From Octopus sinensis (taxonomy: Eukaryota), in NCBI RefSeq assembly GCF_006345805.1, contig NC_043000.1, positions 620,001 to 684,000 of the forward strand: a stretch of DNA of 64,000 nt, read 5' to 3'. The notes under the pieces were generated by a model. It worked only from the letters and a program-made list of their open reading frames with translations. It did not search any database and had not been told where the DNA came from. This document shows, piece after piece, positions 1 through 13,184 of this stretch (its first letter is position 1; the number at the start of each line of letters is the position of its first letter). Made by a program: the position numbers and the translations under genes.

Positions 1-99
1 ATGCGTTTGTATGTGAGCATATACGTGTGTGTACTTGTGTGTGTGTATGTGTGTGTATGTGTGTGTGACCATATACGTGTGTGTACTTGTGTGTGTGTG

Positions 100-375
100 T
101 GTGTATGATCAAGTGTTTAAGGTGTTGCACTCACGATCGCAAGAATGTGGTTTCGATTCACACGCCGGCTATGCGTTGGGTTTTTGAGCAAAGCACTCTA
201 TTTAATGTTGCTCTTACCCATTCACTTATAAATGAGTAACCCTGAGATGGACTGCCGTTCCGTTTTAGGAAGAATGCTGTCCTACCCGCCTGACAAGCGG
301 ATGGCATCATTCAAAAGGAAGCGCATTGTAACCGTCGGGGTAAAACCGACCGGATGAAACTGGGCTTAGTTGCTA
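100..375 (+). mobile_element. tRNA-derived SINE (family D), degenerate
   Basis: A-box-like TGATCAAGTGTTTAAGG and B-box-like GGTTTCGATTC, then GAGCAAAGCACT...GAGATGGACTG; same family as 59545-59790. Confidence 0.55.
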
Positions 376-394
376 GTTTACATATATAGGTAGG

Positions 395-865
<471 letters not shown>

Positions 866-2105
866 TATATATATATTACATATCTATTCATGTATCTATC
901 TCTCTACTTCTCTATCTATCTGTCTGTCTCTGTGTGTGAGTCAGTAGCGGCTCGTAGATAAAATTAGTGAAGGGTGTTGTTTCGGAAAAAGTTTAGCCGT
1001 TGTTTTAGTATTGTGTAAAAAGAAACAAACATATAAAAATAAAATGTATACATAAACTTGATGGGTTCTCATTTTAGCCACTGCGGGGTAGTATATTTAA
1101 TTTGTTCTCCGAACACCACCCCGAATTCCCCTTATTTTTTAAAAACTCTCCCTAAATCACAAAATAAGTGGGAAATATCTGTCCTATTTTTCAAATCCTG
1201 TCAGCAGCACTGTAGCTGGAAGCAGGATAATAACCTAATGTTACCCTTTATCACATTGAAGAATATAAACACGTTTTTAGACACAACACATGCGGAGACA
1301 AAAAGCAATACTGCCTTTCATCAGCACACCAGGGTTGGCACTGCTTGAACCACAGTGCTCTCTCTCCCTAGCGTGCAACTTCCTATCACAGACATGTGAG
1401 CATGCGCCCAACAGCCAAACACCGCGTCGCTGGAACTGTGAAGCGCACAGTTCTATACAAGGGATTTTTGGATTTTTTTCATAAACTTGGGGATGGCTGA
1501 TGACATTACGCATAAGGATTATATAATGTACAAGTATAAAGAAAGAAGTAAAGAAAAAAAAGACTCATTATATTGAATGTTACCGATAATATCGACTGGA
1601 AATTAGGGGTGCTGCTGTTCCACCTATACACAAGCCGCAACAGGTGATTGTACATATGAGAGAGAAAGAGGGAGAAAAGAGTGAGCTGGAGACAAAGATA
1701 GATACATATACGTAGATTTCTACTCTTTCTGCTTTCTTCTCTTTTCTAAGCATTCAGTACGCATGCATCACATGCATATACTACTTCCACATATACTAAC
1801 ATAGTCCACATATACATAGGGACACCTTATCTACAGACGACTATATACAAATTGTCTCCCCTTACAGTTCTTCATTTAGCTGTGAAGTTGTTTTCCTCTA
1901 TCCACTCTCTTTCCTGCACCATGATACATTAACGTCACATAAGATGTTGCTGTATGAAACCCTGCTCCCGCCTTTTCTGTTTCCCATATATTCACAACTA
2001 CCTTAAAAGCTGCATTCTGTGCAGACTTTTACACCAACTCCTGCAGAGGGCGAATTCAGCCTGCTGCCCTAAACTAAGGGGAGCCAAATAACATGACTAT
2101 TATAT

Positions 2106-2268
2106 GGCGCAGTAGTGGCTGTGTGGTAAGTAGCTTGCTAACCAACCACATGGTTCCGGGTTCACTCCCACTGCGTGGCATCTTGGGCAAGTGTCTTCTG
2201 CTATAGCCCCGGGCCGACCAATGCCTTGTGAGTGGATTTGGTAGACGGAAACTGAAAGAAGCCTGTCG

Positions 2269-2307
<39 letters not shown>

Positions 2308-2521
2308 TTGTGTGTCTGTGTTTGTCCCCCTAGCATTGCTTGACAACCGATGCTGGTGTGTTTACGTCCCCGTCACTTAGCGGTTCGGCAAAAGGCACCG
2401 ATAGAATAAGTACTGGGCTTACAAAGAATAAGTCCCGGGGTTCGATTTGCTCGACTAAAGGCGGTGCTCCAGCATGGCCGCAGTCAAATGACTGAAACAA
2501 GTAAAAAGAGTAAAAGAGTAA
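2106..2521 (+). mobile_element. tRNA-derived CORE-like SINE (family B), full length
   Basis: tRNA-like head GTGGCTGTGTGGTAAG...GGTTCACTCCC, CORE-like CTTGGGCAAGTGTCTTC, internal (TA)(TG) tract, tail GGCGGTGCTCCAGCATGGCCGCAGTCAAATGACTGAAACAAGTAAAAAGAG; many copies in window. Confidence 0.85.
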
Positions 2522-2759
2522 ATATGCCCCGGTGGTGTTTGGATAAGTGGTTAAGAACGGATGAGAATTAATTCTGTAATGCAATCATTCTATTGTTGCA
2601 GTCCCAAAGTTCTAATCTCAGCATAAAATTAACGGAACGAAAGTCATTTATCTCCACTTTCATCTCTGACGTCAGTTGACAAACGCCAGCCAAGATGATG
2701 GGAACGACAAGCTTTACCTGCTAGAAATAGCAACCCAAAATGCTGGATGTTCAAGAACC

Positions 2760-2883
2760 AAATGAAGGGCAGATTTTGATCACCCCGGTTGCAAAAAGGT
2801 ATAATATAATATGTGGGCCAAATATAGCCTGAGATACAGGAGTCCCAGACGGACAGACAGAATTTCGCTTTTATTATTATAGA
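2760..2883 (-). mobile_element. Non-autonomous Helitron-like 5' end
   Basis: Minus strand reads A|TCTATAATAATAAAAGCGAAATTCTGTCTGTCCGTCTG, the typical TC start plus CTGT microsatellite of non-autonomous Helitrons. Confidence 0.45.
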
Positions 2884-3184
2884 TTTCAACTCGAAGAAAT
2901 ACCACTGCCCAAAGGGTAGAACACTTTTAACACACTTTCTTAACGCACTAACATTCATTGAACTCCACTTCCTTCTTTCTAGCGATCAATTACTGTTATA
3001 TACATTGTATTTCCGTTGTTTGTTGCTTTTGCTTTAAAGCTGTCCCTTGTACATGTTCTAGCCGTGTTTTACGCCCACGTGTGTGCGTGTACACACGCAC
3101 CTGTGATTTCCCAATGTTTTAGATCGAGATATTTCAATTATTAATGCAGCATTCTGTTTTTATTCAAAAATATCTTACCGTATA

Positions 3185-3539
3185 TGGAAGCACTCCGTCG
3201 GTTACGACGATGAGGGTTCCGGTTGATCCGATCAACGGAACAGCCTGCTCGTGAAATTAACGTGTACCCTTAGCGTAGTTCTCGGGGATATTCAGCGTGA
3301 CCCAGAGAGTGACAAGGCCGGCCCTTTGAAATACAGGTACAACAGAAACAGGAAGTAAGAGTGAGAGAAAGTTGTGGTGAAAGAGTACAGCAGGAATCAC
3401 CACCATCCCCTGCCGGAGCCTCGTGGAGCTTAAGGTGTTTTCGCTCAATAAACACTCACAACGCCCGATCTGGGAATCGAAACCGCGATCTTACGACCGC
3501 GAGTCCGCTGTCCTAACCACTGGGCCATTGCGCCTCCAC
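3185..3539 (-). mobile_element. tRNA-derived SINE (family A, octopus OR-like), full length
   Basis: Minus strand GTGGAGGCGCAATGGCCCAGTGG...GGTTTCGATTCCC...GTAACCGACGGAGTGCTTCCA; TSD ACCGTATA at 3177-3184 and 3538-3545. Confidence 0.9.
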
Positions 3540-3960
3540 CGTATATACGCGACTATAAAATGCCCTCACCAACAAGACGCACTCCTGACTTACACGGTTC
3601 AAATCAGGAATTTTATCATTGACCCGACTATAAGACGCAGTGACATTTTTTGATGTTGCAGAGCAAAGTTCGATTAGGAATCGCGCCAACATAGCGTTGT
3701 TGTCCGGTAACTGAGCCTTCAGTAAGCTGAAGATGACTTACAACAACTGTTATCCCATTAAGTCCATGCATTTTAGAAACCGTTGTTTATAATATAAAAT
3801 TTTATCCTTTTCTGTTATTCCAAGTGTCAGAACTTCAAACGTGGCATGTACCAAGAAAATATCTGATATTTGTTTTAGAATGCGCTTATAAGTCGCATCC
3901 CCCAACTTTAGGTGAAAATTTCAAGGAAAAAGGTGTGACTTATAACCGTGTACATATGGT

Positions 3961-4375
3961 GGATCTTTTCGGTTTGAACGGCAGTTTTTAACATAATTTC
4001 TAGGTAAATAAAAAAATTTAAACTTCGTATACTGGTAGAATGTGTTTATAAAACATCTTTTTCTCTTGGCTTTATTGAGAAAATTCTATAGTTTGTAAGA
4101 TATTTGTCGTTTTTTTTCTTCAATTTCTGTAATTTCAACCAATCAATGACGTCCATTGATGTAAAAAACATTCTGTGCCGTATGAATATGTCCCTCGTTT
4201 AAGAAACAGATTGGGTTTATTTACATTTGTGAAGAAAAAAAGATACCCTAACCCTAACTAACCCTAACCCTAAAACAGATTGAAATGCAAAAGATCGATA
4301 CTAGGGTCATAATTATGGGTGACAATTTCATATGACACCGCTAGAAAAAAACTGCCGTTCAAACCGAAAAGATCC
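3961..4375. mobile_element. MITE with perfect 29-bp TIRs and 8-bp TSD (hAT/Merlin/MULE-type)
   Basis: GGATCTTTTCGGTTTGAACGGCAGTTTTT (3961-3989) and its exact reverse complement (4347-4375); TSD CATATGGT/CATACGGT; internal CCCTAACCCTAA motifs. Confidence 0.85.
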
Positions 4376-5014
4376 CATACGGTATATCGCACTAGTTATT
4401 CGAACTTCTAGCTTTCACTTTTGAGCTACTTCACTGAAAAGGTCAAGTAACACTGATACATTCAGAGTGGTCATATATGTTACAAATCAGATATACCCCT
4501 TACACCGAACGGTATTTAAAATAACGCGATTGTCTCCCTTTATCATTCTTTTGACAAAAATGCGTCTTTAGCAAATTTATTGTTCCCATCACTAAGACTG
4601 TGTAATCTTGATTAAACATTCTTGGCTTAGTTACATGAAGCATGCTCGCGCTAAGATTACTGCCTTACTTTCATGCAGAAGGTGTCTCTAGGTACATTTT
4701 CCCCCAGTCGCTAATTATCTAGGTATGTACGTGTACATGTATGTGGGCATGTGTGTGCGCGCGTACGAGTGTGTGTGTGTGTGTGTGCCTGGTGGGGGTG
4801 AGTATGTGTGTATGTCTGCGTGTATATATATACGTGAATATGTATATGCTTTCGTGAGTGTTTGTGTGTGTGTGAGTGGCAGTCCGTGCATTTGAAGAGT
4901 GTTTCATGTTAGCATTGTTCTAATTGACGGCTAATCTGTTCCTTGTCTGTGTTGCCTATGGTGCTTAGTTCTTACTTTTACTCCTTCTGCTTTTCGTCCT
5001 CCATTTTCTGTGTT

Positions 5015-5084
5015 GTTACACACACACACACACACACACCACACACACACACACATATATATATATATAGAGAGAGAGAGAGAC

Positions 5085-5115
<31 letters not shown>

Positions 5116-5611
5116 GGTATATATTGTATATACATATATATATATATTATATATATGTATGTATATATATACATATATTATATATATATATATATATACA
5201 CATATATATATATGCATGTATATATATTATATACATGTATATGAATGTATTATATATATATATATAGACATGTATATGTATATTATATACATATGTATGT
5301 ATATATAGTATATATATGTAGGTATTATATATATATATATATATACATATAGGTATGTATATATATATTATATATATGTAGGTATATATATATATATAAT
5401 ATATATTATATATATGTAGGTATATATATATATATACATATATATTTATATGTATACATATATATATAGATAGATAGATATATGTGTATGTATATATATA
5501 TATATATATATGCATACACGCACACATACATGTATGTATGCATGTGTGATTTGTGTTTACTCAAAACAGCTTGGCAGTGACCATTAAAGAACAAAGAATG
5601 AAAAACAAATA

Positions 5612-5665
<54 letters not shown>

Positions 5666-5700
5666 TATATATATTATATATATATATATACGTGTATGTG
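5015..5700. repeat. (CA)n/(TA)n microsatellite tract
   Basis: Direct inspection. Confidence 0.95.
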
Positions 5701-6078
5701 TGTGTGTTTAATTGTGTGAGTATGTAGGATTGCGAACTTAATGTACTGTACATCAGTCTTTTTCCCGTATATATATTGATCTCTGTCATCTCTGTTCTAG
5801 CATCCGTACATTCGTAAAGCATAGGTGAATGCACTGTGTATATATATCGATCACAATATATTATTTTATTATGGTCCTTGCCATTGTTTTACATTGGGTG
5901 GTCAATGAACGTATATATATACATATATTTTGTATGTGCTACGTATATTTGTGTATACGCATACATCTGTATGTGATGAAAGCTTTTGTTTGAGTGTGTA
6001 CGAATGCCTGTGTCTACCCGTGTGTGCGTACGTGTGTGTGAGTGTGTATGCCTCTGTGTGTATATGTGTGTGCGTGTG

Positions 6079-6111
<33 letters not shown>

Positions 6112-7504
6112 CTGTCTAAATGATATATGGGGATTGAGAATGTCGGTGCGTCCATGTGTGTATGTACGTTTTATATTATGTGTGTGGGTAGATGTGCATA
6201 TATCTACTTATGTATGTATGTATGTATTTATGTATGTATGTATGCATGTATGTATGTATGTAACTGGTGTATGTGCGTATCAGTGTGTGTGTGTGTGTGT
6301 GCGAGTGTGTGCGTGTGCGCGGGCGGGGTTTATATATCTGTACTATGTGGCCATTTCATTCCCGTTCTGATAAGACAAAATATTCGTTCTAATGCAATTA
6401 GCACAGTTTTTAACTTTATTTCCACTCACTGTTTAGTTTCCGTTAACCGCAGGGCTAATCTTCTCGTTTTGATAGCTTATTCGACCAGGGCGGAGGAGAG
6501 CAATCAAGGGAGATAAGGCTTATCTCTTTGTTCATGCTTTGACATAAGCGGTCTCCAGAGACAGGCAGAAATCCGACTTCCTGTCAAGGCTTCTGGTTTA
6601 CGTAACCCCACCGCTGCTGTCTCATAGATTTCTCTGTCTTTTTCACTCTTTCTCTCAGCTCTGCATTCTCTTACCTCTCTTTCACATATGCATCTCTATC
6701 TATATTTCTTCTCTTAACTCTGTAGCCCTCTATTTATTCTTTCTCTACACATCTGACCTTCTCTCTCTCGTTCTCTTTCCGCCCAACTTCTCTCGCTACG
6801 CTAGTTTAAATATACGTTCCTTCTTGTATTAAATAGCCATATAATTAGCTGTATTATAATTATCATTATCATAGTCATTATTAACATTATCACTATTTTT
6901 TAAGTTCCAAACGATACCCCACACTCTGTAGATAGAGAGGATGTAGGGGATTTCACAGAATCCGTGTTCTCAGCAATAATCCAGTAAACGTCGGCCTTGC
7001 GTAATGTTTGTTCCGTGTCGTAAAGATGGACATTATGCGAGTAGTTATACTGATTAAAATTTCTTTTCTCGTTTTGCCTGAAGTGACTTTCATTTTAAGA
7101 GATTCGTACAACTAAACATCTTTTTAAATGATATATTTTAAATGTTTAAAGACGTTAACATGCAGTTTACGGTCGCAAAAAAGTGCAAGTAAATTGTCCT
7201 AAAAAGTGAAAGTAGATTGAGATAGAAATCAGGAGTGACGATAGTGACATCCTAAGATTGCGCAAAATGAATATAAGAAATCCTTCATTGTGCCATGTCA
7301 ACAGGTAATTTACGTCTAGTAATTTTTTGTGATAGATTAGAATTTCAGAATTAGTAGCTAACGTACACCATTTCATCGTTTTATACCCAGCAAGAAAACC
7401 ACTGAGAAGTGTGATTATTTTCCATCTCCTATAAAATGTACGTTCGGTCTTCATGTTATATCAAATGTATGTACGTTTTGTACATTGCTTATATCCCATA
7501 TATT

Positions 7505-8113
7505 ATTGACTATTTCTTTACTACCCACAAGGGGCTAAACACAGAGAGAATAAACAAGGACAGACAAACAGATTAAGTCGATTATATCGATCCCAGTGTG
7601 TAACTGGTACTTATTTAATCGACCCCGAAAGGATGAAAGGCCAAGTCGACATCGGTGGAATTTGAACTCAGGAACATAGCGGCAGACGAAATACCTATTT
7701 CTTTATTACCCATAAGGAGCTAAACACAGAGGGGGACAAACAAGGACAGACAAACGGATTAAGTCGATTATATCGATTCCAGTGCGTAACTAGTACTTAT
7801 TTAATCGACCCCGAAAGGATGAAAGGCAAAGTCGACCTCGGCGGAATTTGAACTCAGAACATAGCGGCAGACGAAATACCTATTTCTTTATTACCCACAA
7901 GGGGCTAAACACAGAGGGGGACAAACAAGGACAGACATAGGTATTAAGTCGATTACATCGACCCCAGTGCGTAACTGGTACTTAATTTATCGACCCCGAA
8001 AGGATGAAAGGCAAAGTCGACCTCGGCGGAATTCGAACTCAGAACGTAGCGGCAGACGAAATACCGCAAAGCATTTCGCCCGGCGTGATAACGTTTCTGC
8101 TATCTCGCCGCCT
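7505..8113 (-). mobile_element. Nin/Deu-domain tRNA SINE (family C) with 3 internal tandem ~186-bp units
   Basis: Head AAGGCGGCGAGATAGCAG..., B-box GAGTTCAAATTC, Nin/Deu-like GTCGACTTTGCCTTTCATCCTTTCGGGGTCGATAAA repeated near 7631, 7817 and 8002. Confidence 0.85.
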
Positions 8114-8759
8114 TGAATATATATATTATTTACATGAAATTATGGGATGTCACTGTCGCCATTTCGGTTTTTGCCGTACTTTACATTCATTATTTTTAGG
8201 ATAAGATTCTTTTAAATTTTAGAGCCGTAAACTGCATGTAAACCTTTTAAGGCTTTGTAAGTGAAAAATATATAAAATATATATATATATATATATATAT
8301 AGACATGGGGCTGTTCCTGAATGCTTGAAATTGCGTGGACTACACTAAATGCACATAAAAGTTAGGTTAATACATTTAAGGAGGCAATGGAACCCCCGGA
8401 GCATTACAATACTCCCCGGTTCCTTTGAGCGAATTCTGCCAAGTTACATTCTTTCAAATTTCTGTTACAAAGCTTGTGGTTGATCTGAAGCTATAGATAA
8501 TAACGCGTGTCAAATGCCACGTGGTATCATCGAACCCGAACTCATGTGACTACATAGAAGTTGAAGATAGACTTAAAAAACATTAGAGTGTACTAAATGA
8601 CAGAAACGGTAATTTGCTTTACATATTTTTTTTTTTTTTTTTGTGTGCGAGATCTTTTTACGTTCAAATCTCGGAGTCAACTATGCTTTCGTTTTACCAA
8701 GATAAATATCCTTTTCTACTCTAGGCAAAAGGCCCGAAATTTATGTACCTGTTACTTAG

Positions 8760-9130
8760 CTGTTTGGAAAAAGTGATCAATAGGATAAGTACTAGGCTTC
8801 CAAAGAATAAGGCCTGGAGACGATTTGTTCGACCTAAAACTCTTTAAAGTGGTACTCCAGCATGGCCGCAGTCAAATGACTGAAACAAGGAAAAGAATAA
8901 AAGAATACATACATGCATATATATACGCATATACACACCACACATGCACACACATACACAAGGAATGGGTGTGTGTAAGAAGCTTGCTTCCCAACCACAT
9001 GGTTCCGGGTCGAGTCCCACTGGGTAGCATCTTGAGTAAGTGTCTTCTACTATAGACTCGGGCCGACAAAAGCCTTGTGAGTGGATTTGGTAGACGGAAA
9101 CTGAAAGAAGCCCGACGTATATATATTATA

Positions 9131-9181
<51 letters not shown>

Positions 9182-9590
9182 CGTGCGTGCGTGCGTGCGT
9201 GCGTGCGTGTGTATGTATATGTTTGTGTATCTGTGTTTGTCACACACCCCCACCATGGCTTGGCAACCGGTGTGGTGTGTTTTTGTTCCCATAAATTAGC
9301 AGTTCGGAAAAGCGACAGATGGGATAAGTACTAGGCTTACATGAAATAAATCCTGGGGTCTATTTGTTCGACTAAAGGCTGTGCTCAAGCATGGCCACAG
9401 TCAAATGACTGAAACAAGTAAAAGAAAACGAATAAATGAATATGTTTATATCGGCAAATATAAAGACTTGTTACACTAGCGGATGAAATGGCTCGCATTA
9501 TCTTGCATTTCGTCCTGGGATCGATTTGTTCGATTCAAGGCGGTGCTCCAGTATGGCCGCGGTTAAACGACCGAAACAAGCAAGCGATCA
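8760..9590 (+). mobile_element. Cluster of family B SINEs (3' fragment, full copy 8965-9432, tail fragment)
   Basis: Same head, CORE-like and tail motifs as 2106-2521. Confidence 0.8.
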
Positions 9591-10082
9591 AAAATATATC
9601 TAACAACGCGTATGAAGCCGACCGGAAACCTACGCACATCATCCCATTATGCTTACGATCCGACCGGAATTTTCACCACAAATCATCCCATCTAACCTTC
9701 ATATATCTTTAATAGAGAAAGAACATTCATGTGTTAACGAAGAGATAAATAGCTTACAGCTATTTATGGCGTGTACTAACACGAACTCAGCTACTCTGGT
9801 CCGTTTAATTTGCTTAACGAAGCATGCGTTGACAACGCTGATTAATTAATAAATTCGTAATACGCAATATAAGGCTTTTGAATAATTAAAAATGTAAAGT
9901 ATACATTTCAATTGTTGACATTAAGAAATGTTAAGAAAATTGCTAAGCAAATTCGACCCCGTGATTTAGGTAAGTCCTTGTCTCTATACATTATAAATAT
10001 CTATAAATCTGTCTGCAGAGAGATGGATATATTTTCTCTCTTGCTAACGCACACAAAATAGATATATATATATATTATATAT

Positions 10083-10132
<50 letters not shown>

Positions 10133-10421
10133 AAGGATATTTAAAGTATTAAGTTAAAGATATTAGAGAGATCATTATGTTTTTTAAAGCCAAATTATAT
10201 CTTCAAAGATAAATACATATTTCTATCTATTTTTGTTACCTTAAAAATTAAATATTTAATATAATAAATGTGTTGTAGGAAATGTTTTAATGTTTAATGT
10301 TTTAATGTTTTAAGTTTCTAATTTAGTTGATGGAGCTTTTTTCTATAAGAAAAATTATTATGTTATTTTTTTCTTAAATAAATATTGTTTAACTCTATTT
10401 GCTTATTTATTTAATTATTAT

Positions 10422-10526
10422 CATTAACCTGAAGATTGACTATAATTTTAAATCGAATTTATTTCAATTGAATTTAAACTTAATTGTAATTCGAATTTAA
10501 CTGTAGCCATGAAACGTACGTTGTGC
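10422..10526 (+). ncRNA. Degenerate hammerhead-like motif in a TA-flanked repeat
   Basis: CTGAAGA (10429-10435), helix II TGACTATA/TGTAGCCA around a long loop, GAAA, palindromic ACGTACGT+T; helix I only 2 bp. Confidence 0.3.
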
Positions 10527-10696
10527 TTTTACTTATTATATCATATATTGATCATTCATTTTATACTCTTTGAGATCTAGTTATAAGTTCTATGTTTTAT
10601 AAAAATATATAATATTTTTTATTATGCATTCGTTTATGTCTTTCACTGTTTGAGTGCATAATAGTGGTTTTATCTCTAATTTATATTTTATATGAT

Positions 10697-10772
<76 letters not shown>

Positions 10773-10862
10773 GCAAAAACACACACGTTTCATATATATA
10801 TATATATATATATAATATATTTATACATATATATATACATACATATAGATATGCTTTTATTC

Positions 10863-12563
10863 CTTTTTACTAGTTTCAGCTAAAACCAGCTCCATACTTC
10901 ATACTGGAGCACCACCATTCAGTGATTTCGGGTTTCCTCTCACCACTACTTTTGGTAAAGAAGCGAGTTGGACGGAGCTGCTCTTATTTGTGCCTCCTGC
11001 TGTGATGTAGGCTCATCTGGGATTTCAGATAGAAATCTGTCCAGATTTTTTCTGAAGGTTTCCACATCTACACCTCCCAGATATCTGAGGTTTCTTGGTT
11101 GCAGATTAATCAGTTGTGGTTCCATGAAACCCAAGCTTTTGCAATACTGTTCCTTCTCCGAATTGAAGAAGACGGTATCTTTGGTATTATGCAGTGCTCT
11201 CCAGTGCTCTCCAGTTCAGTGGTGCTGGTATAGCATTCAATTCCAAAGTTGGAAGCTAGACCTTCCAGGATCGTCCATATATATATATCACTTTCTTGAG
11301 TTCTTTCCAGGGAGTAGAACTTCAGTTCTTGTAGCCCCACCCCCGCCCCAGTATCTCATCTGTATCACCAAGTCAATCTTCTTTGTGTAGTGGTGGTAGA
11401 TTACCTCAAGTTCCGCCACCAGTTTGACACTCTGCGGTGATCACAGTTGAGAGCATTGATCCAGACTATTAAGGACAAATGTTGTCTATAGGAGTAGCAA
11501 GATATCCTTATTTCTGGTTCTGAATGAACTAAAGATCCATCCAGCTACTTACCTGCCATCTTAGTAATATGCATATGGAATGTTGTATCAATCATTACTC
11601 ATGTGGATTCCCAGGTCACGCATCGATTCTAACTCTGGAATTGCACTGCGCCGTGGTCCTATGTATTCTAATTATAGTCTGTTTGTGGACCAATAGCAGA
11701 CTATTTGAAACTTATCAGCGTTGAACAGCATGTTATTTTCATCAGCCCATTGTATATTATGTGCGGGTCATTTTGGAGTTTTACTATGTCACCAGGATGC
11801 TTGACCGACTGAGATACTTAGCTATCATCAGCGTAGTTGGTAAGAGTGGCTAGCCCTAACCCTAATGACTAAGGGCATGTCCGAGAGAGCCACTACAAAC
11901 AGTAGTAGTCCCAGTACAGTTCCCTGATGAACTCCGCTGCAGACTGATACCTCCCAATGAAAGCACCATTGACTGCAACTGCCTGATTTCTGCTCTTTAA
12001 AAAGTTGTGCAGTCACTCCCCCAGTTTTCCAGTTATACCAAAGTCGCGTATTTTGTAACATATCATCCCATGACCGACTTTATCAAAGGCCTTGGCCAAG
12101 TCGAGATATATCACATCCACATTTGAGTGGCAGAGCTGCTATTTCAGTACCCAATCACAATATTGTAGTTGCTGGGTGGAGACCATGTTGTGTATTTGAG
12201 AGTAAGCTATTCTCTTCCAGGAACATGAGCAGTCTCCTGCTGACAATGCGTTCCATGACCTTGCTAACATGTGAAGTCAGAGAGACAAGCCTGTAATTTC
12301 TAGCATCTGCTCTGCTTCCTCCTTTATGGACAGGGCATACGATACCCTCGTTTAACAGTTTGGAAAGTTTTCCACATACAAGGAAACTTCTAGAAAAGTA
12401 TCTGCAGTAATTTTGCGAGAGCTTTCTTGCACATTTGTACAAGATCTTTATATTTTTTCTGAAAAGGACTCTCTTGCCTCCTCGAGGAATGATGTTTTTG
12501 TATGTGGTTGTTCTCTTCTCCGAGACAAGTTTAATGCAATTGGCTCGCATTATTGACATGAAT
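10863..12563 (-). mobile_element. CR1/L2-like LINE, degenerate RT and 3' end
   Basis: Minus-strand peptides IVCPVHKGGSRADARNYRLVSLTSHVSKVMERIV, VYLDLAKAFDKV, GVHQGTVLGLLLF, ADDS, ETFRKNLDRFLSEIPDEP; stops and frameshifts; runs into the N gap. Confidence 0.9.
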
Positions 12564-12663
12564 NNNNNNNNNNNNNNNNNNNNNNNNNNNNNNNNNNNNN
12601 NNNNNNNNNNNNNNNNNNNNNNNNNNNNNNNNNNNNNNNNNNNNNNNNNNNNNNNNNNNNNNN
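12564..12663. other. Assembly gap (100 N)
   Basis: Run of N. Confidence 1.
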
Positions 12664-12852
12664 CTATAGCAGTCGGGTACCATCCTGGTGGCAGACCGAT
12701 TTGACACAAAACATCGTTGTCAGAAATACGAGTTTCACGTCATGTATGGAATTCACTTGACCAAAATATAAACCACGTTACAGTTGATCTGTTGTCTGAA
12801 TGTTTGTTATATGGCTGGAAGAGTGCCAAACTACTGATGCAGTGCCTGTATA

Positions 12853-13184
12853 AATGGAAGCACTCCGTCGGTTACGACGATGAGGGTTCCGGTTGATCCG
12901 AATCAACGGAATAGCCTGCTCGTGAAATTAACGTGTAAGTGGCTGAGCACTCCACAGACACGTGCACCCTTAACGTAGTTCTCGGGGATATTCAGCGTGA
13001 CACAGAGAATGACAAGGCCGGCCCTTTGAAATACAGGTACAACAGAAACAGGAAGTAAGAGTGAGAGAAAGTTGTGGTGAAAGAGTACAGCAGGGATCAC
13101 CACCATCCCCTGCCGGAGCCTCGTGCAGCTTTTAGGTGTTTTCGCTCAATTAAACACTCACAACGCCCGGTCTGGGAATCGAAA
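12853..13184 (-). mobile_element. Family A SINE, 5'-truncated, inserted into RTE-like LINE
   Basis: Lacks first ~50 nt of head; 12-bp TSD AGTGCCTGTATA at 12841-12852 and 13185-13196. Confidence 0.9.

Larger units (their letters stand above)
3178..4383. mobile_element. pogo-like MITE interrupted at both TIRs
   Basis: 5' TIR TA-CCGTATATACGCGACTATAA split by a SINE; 3' TIR TTATAACCGTGTACATA(T/C)GG-TA split by a second MITE; internal TATAAGACGCA / TTATAAGTCGCA subterminal motifs. Confidence 0.7.

Noticed and set aside
3440-3539. tRNA-like sequence
   Set aside because: SINE head with A/B boxes; no complete cloverleaf or acceptor stem.
4246-4273. Telomeric repeat as an interstitial telomere
   Set aside because: Only four degenerate units, internal to a MITE.
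7230-7310. Possible exon ending AACAG|gtaatt
   Set aside because: No acceptable acceptor and stops in all upstream frames.
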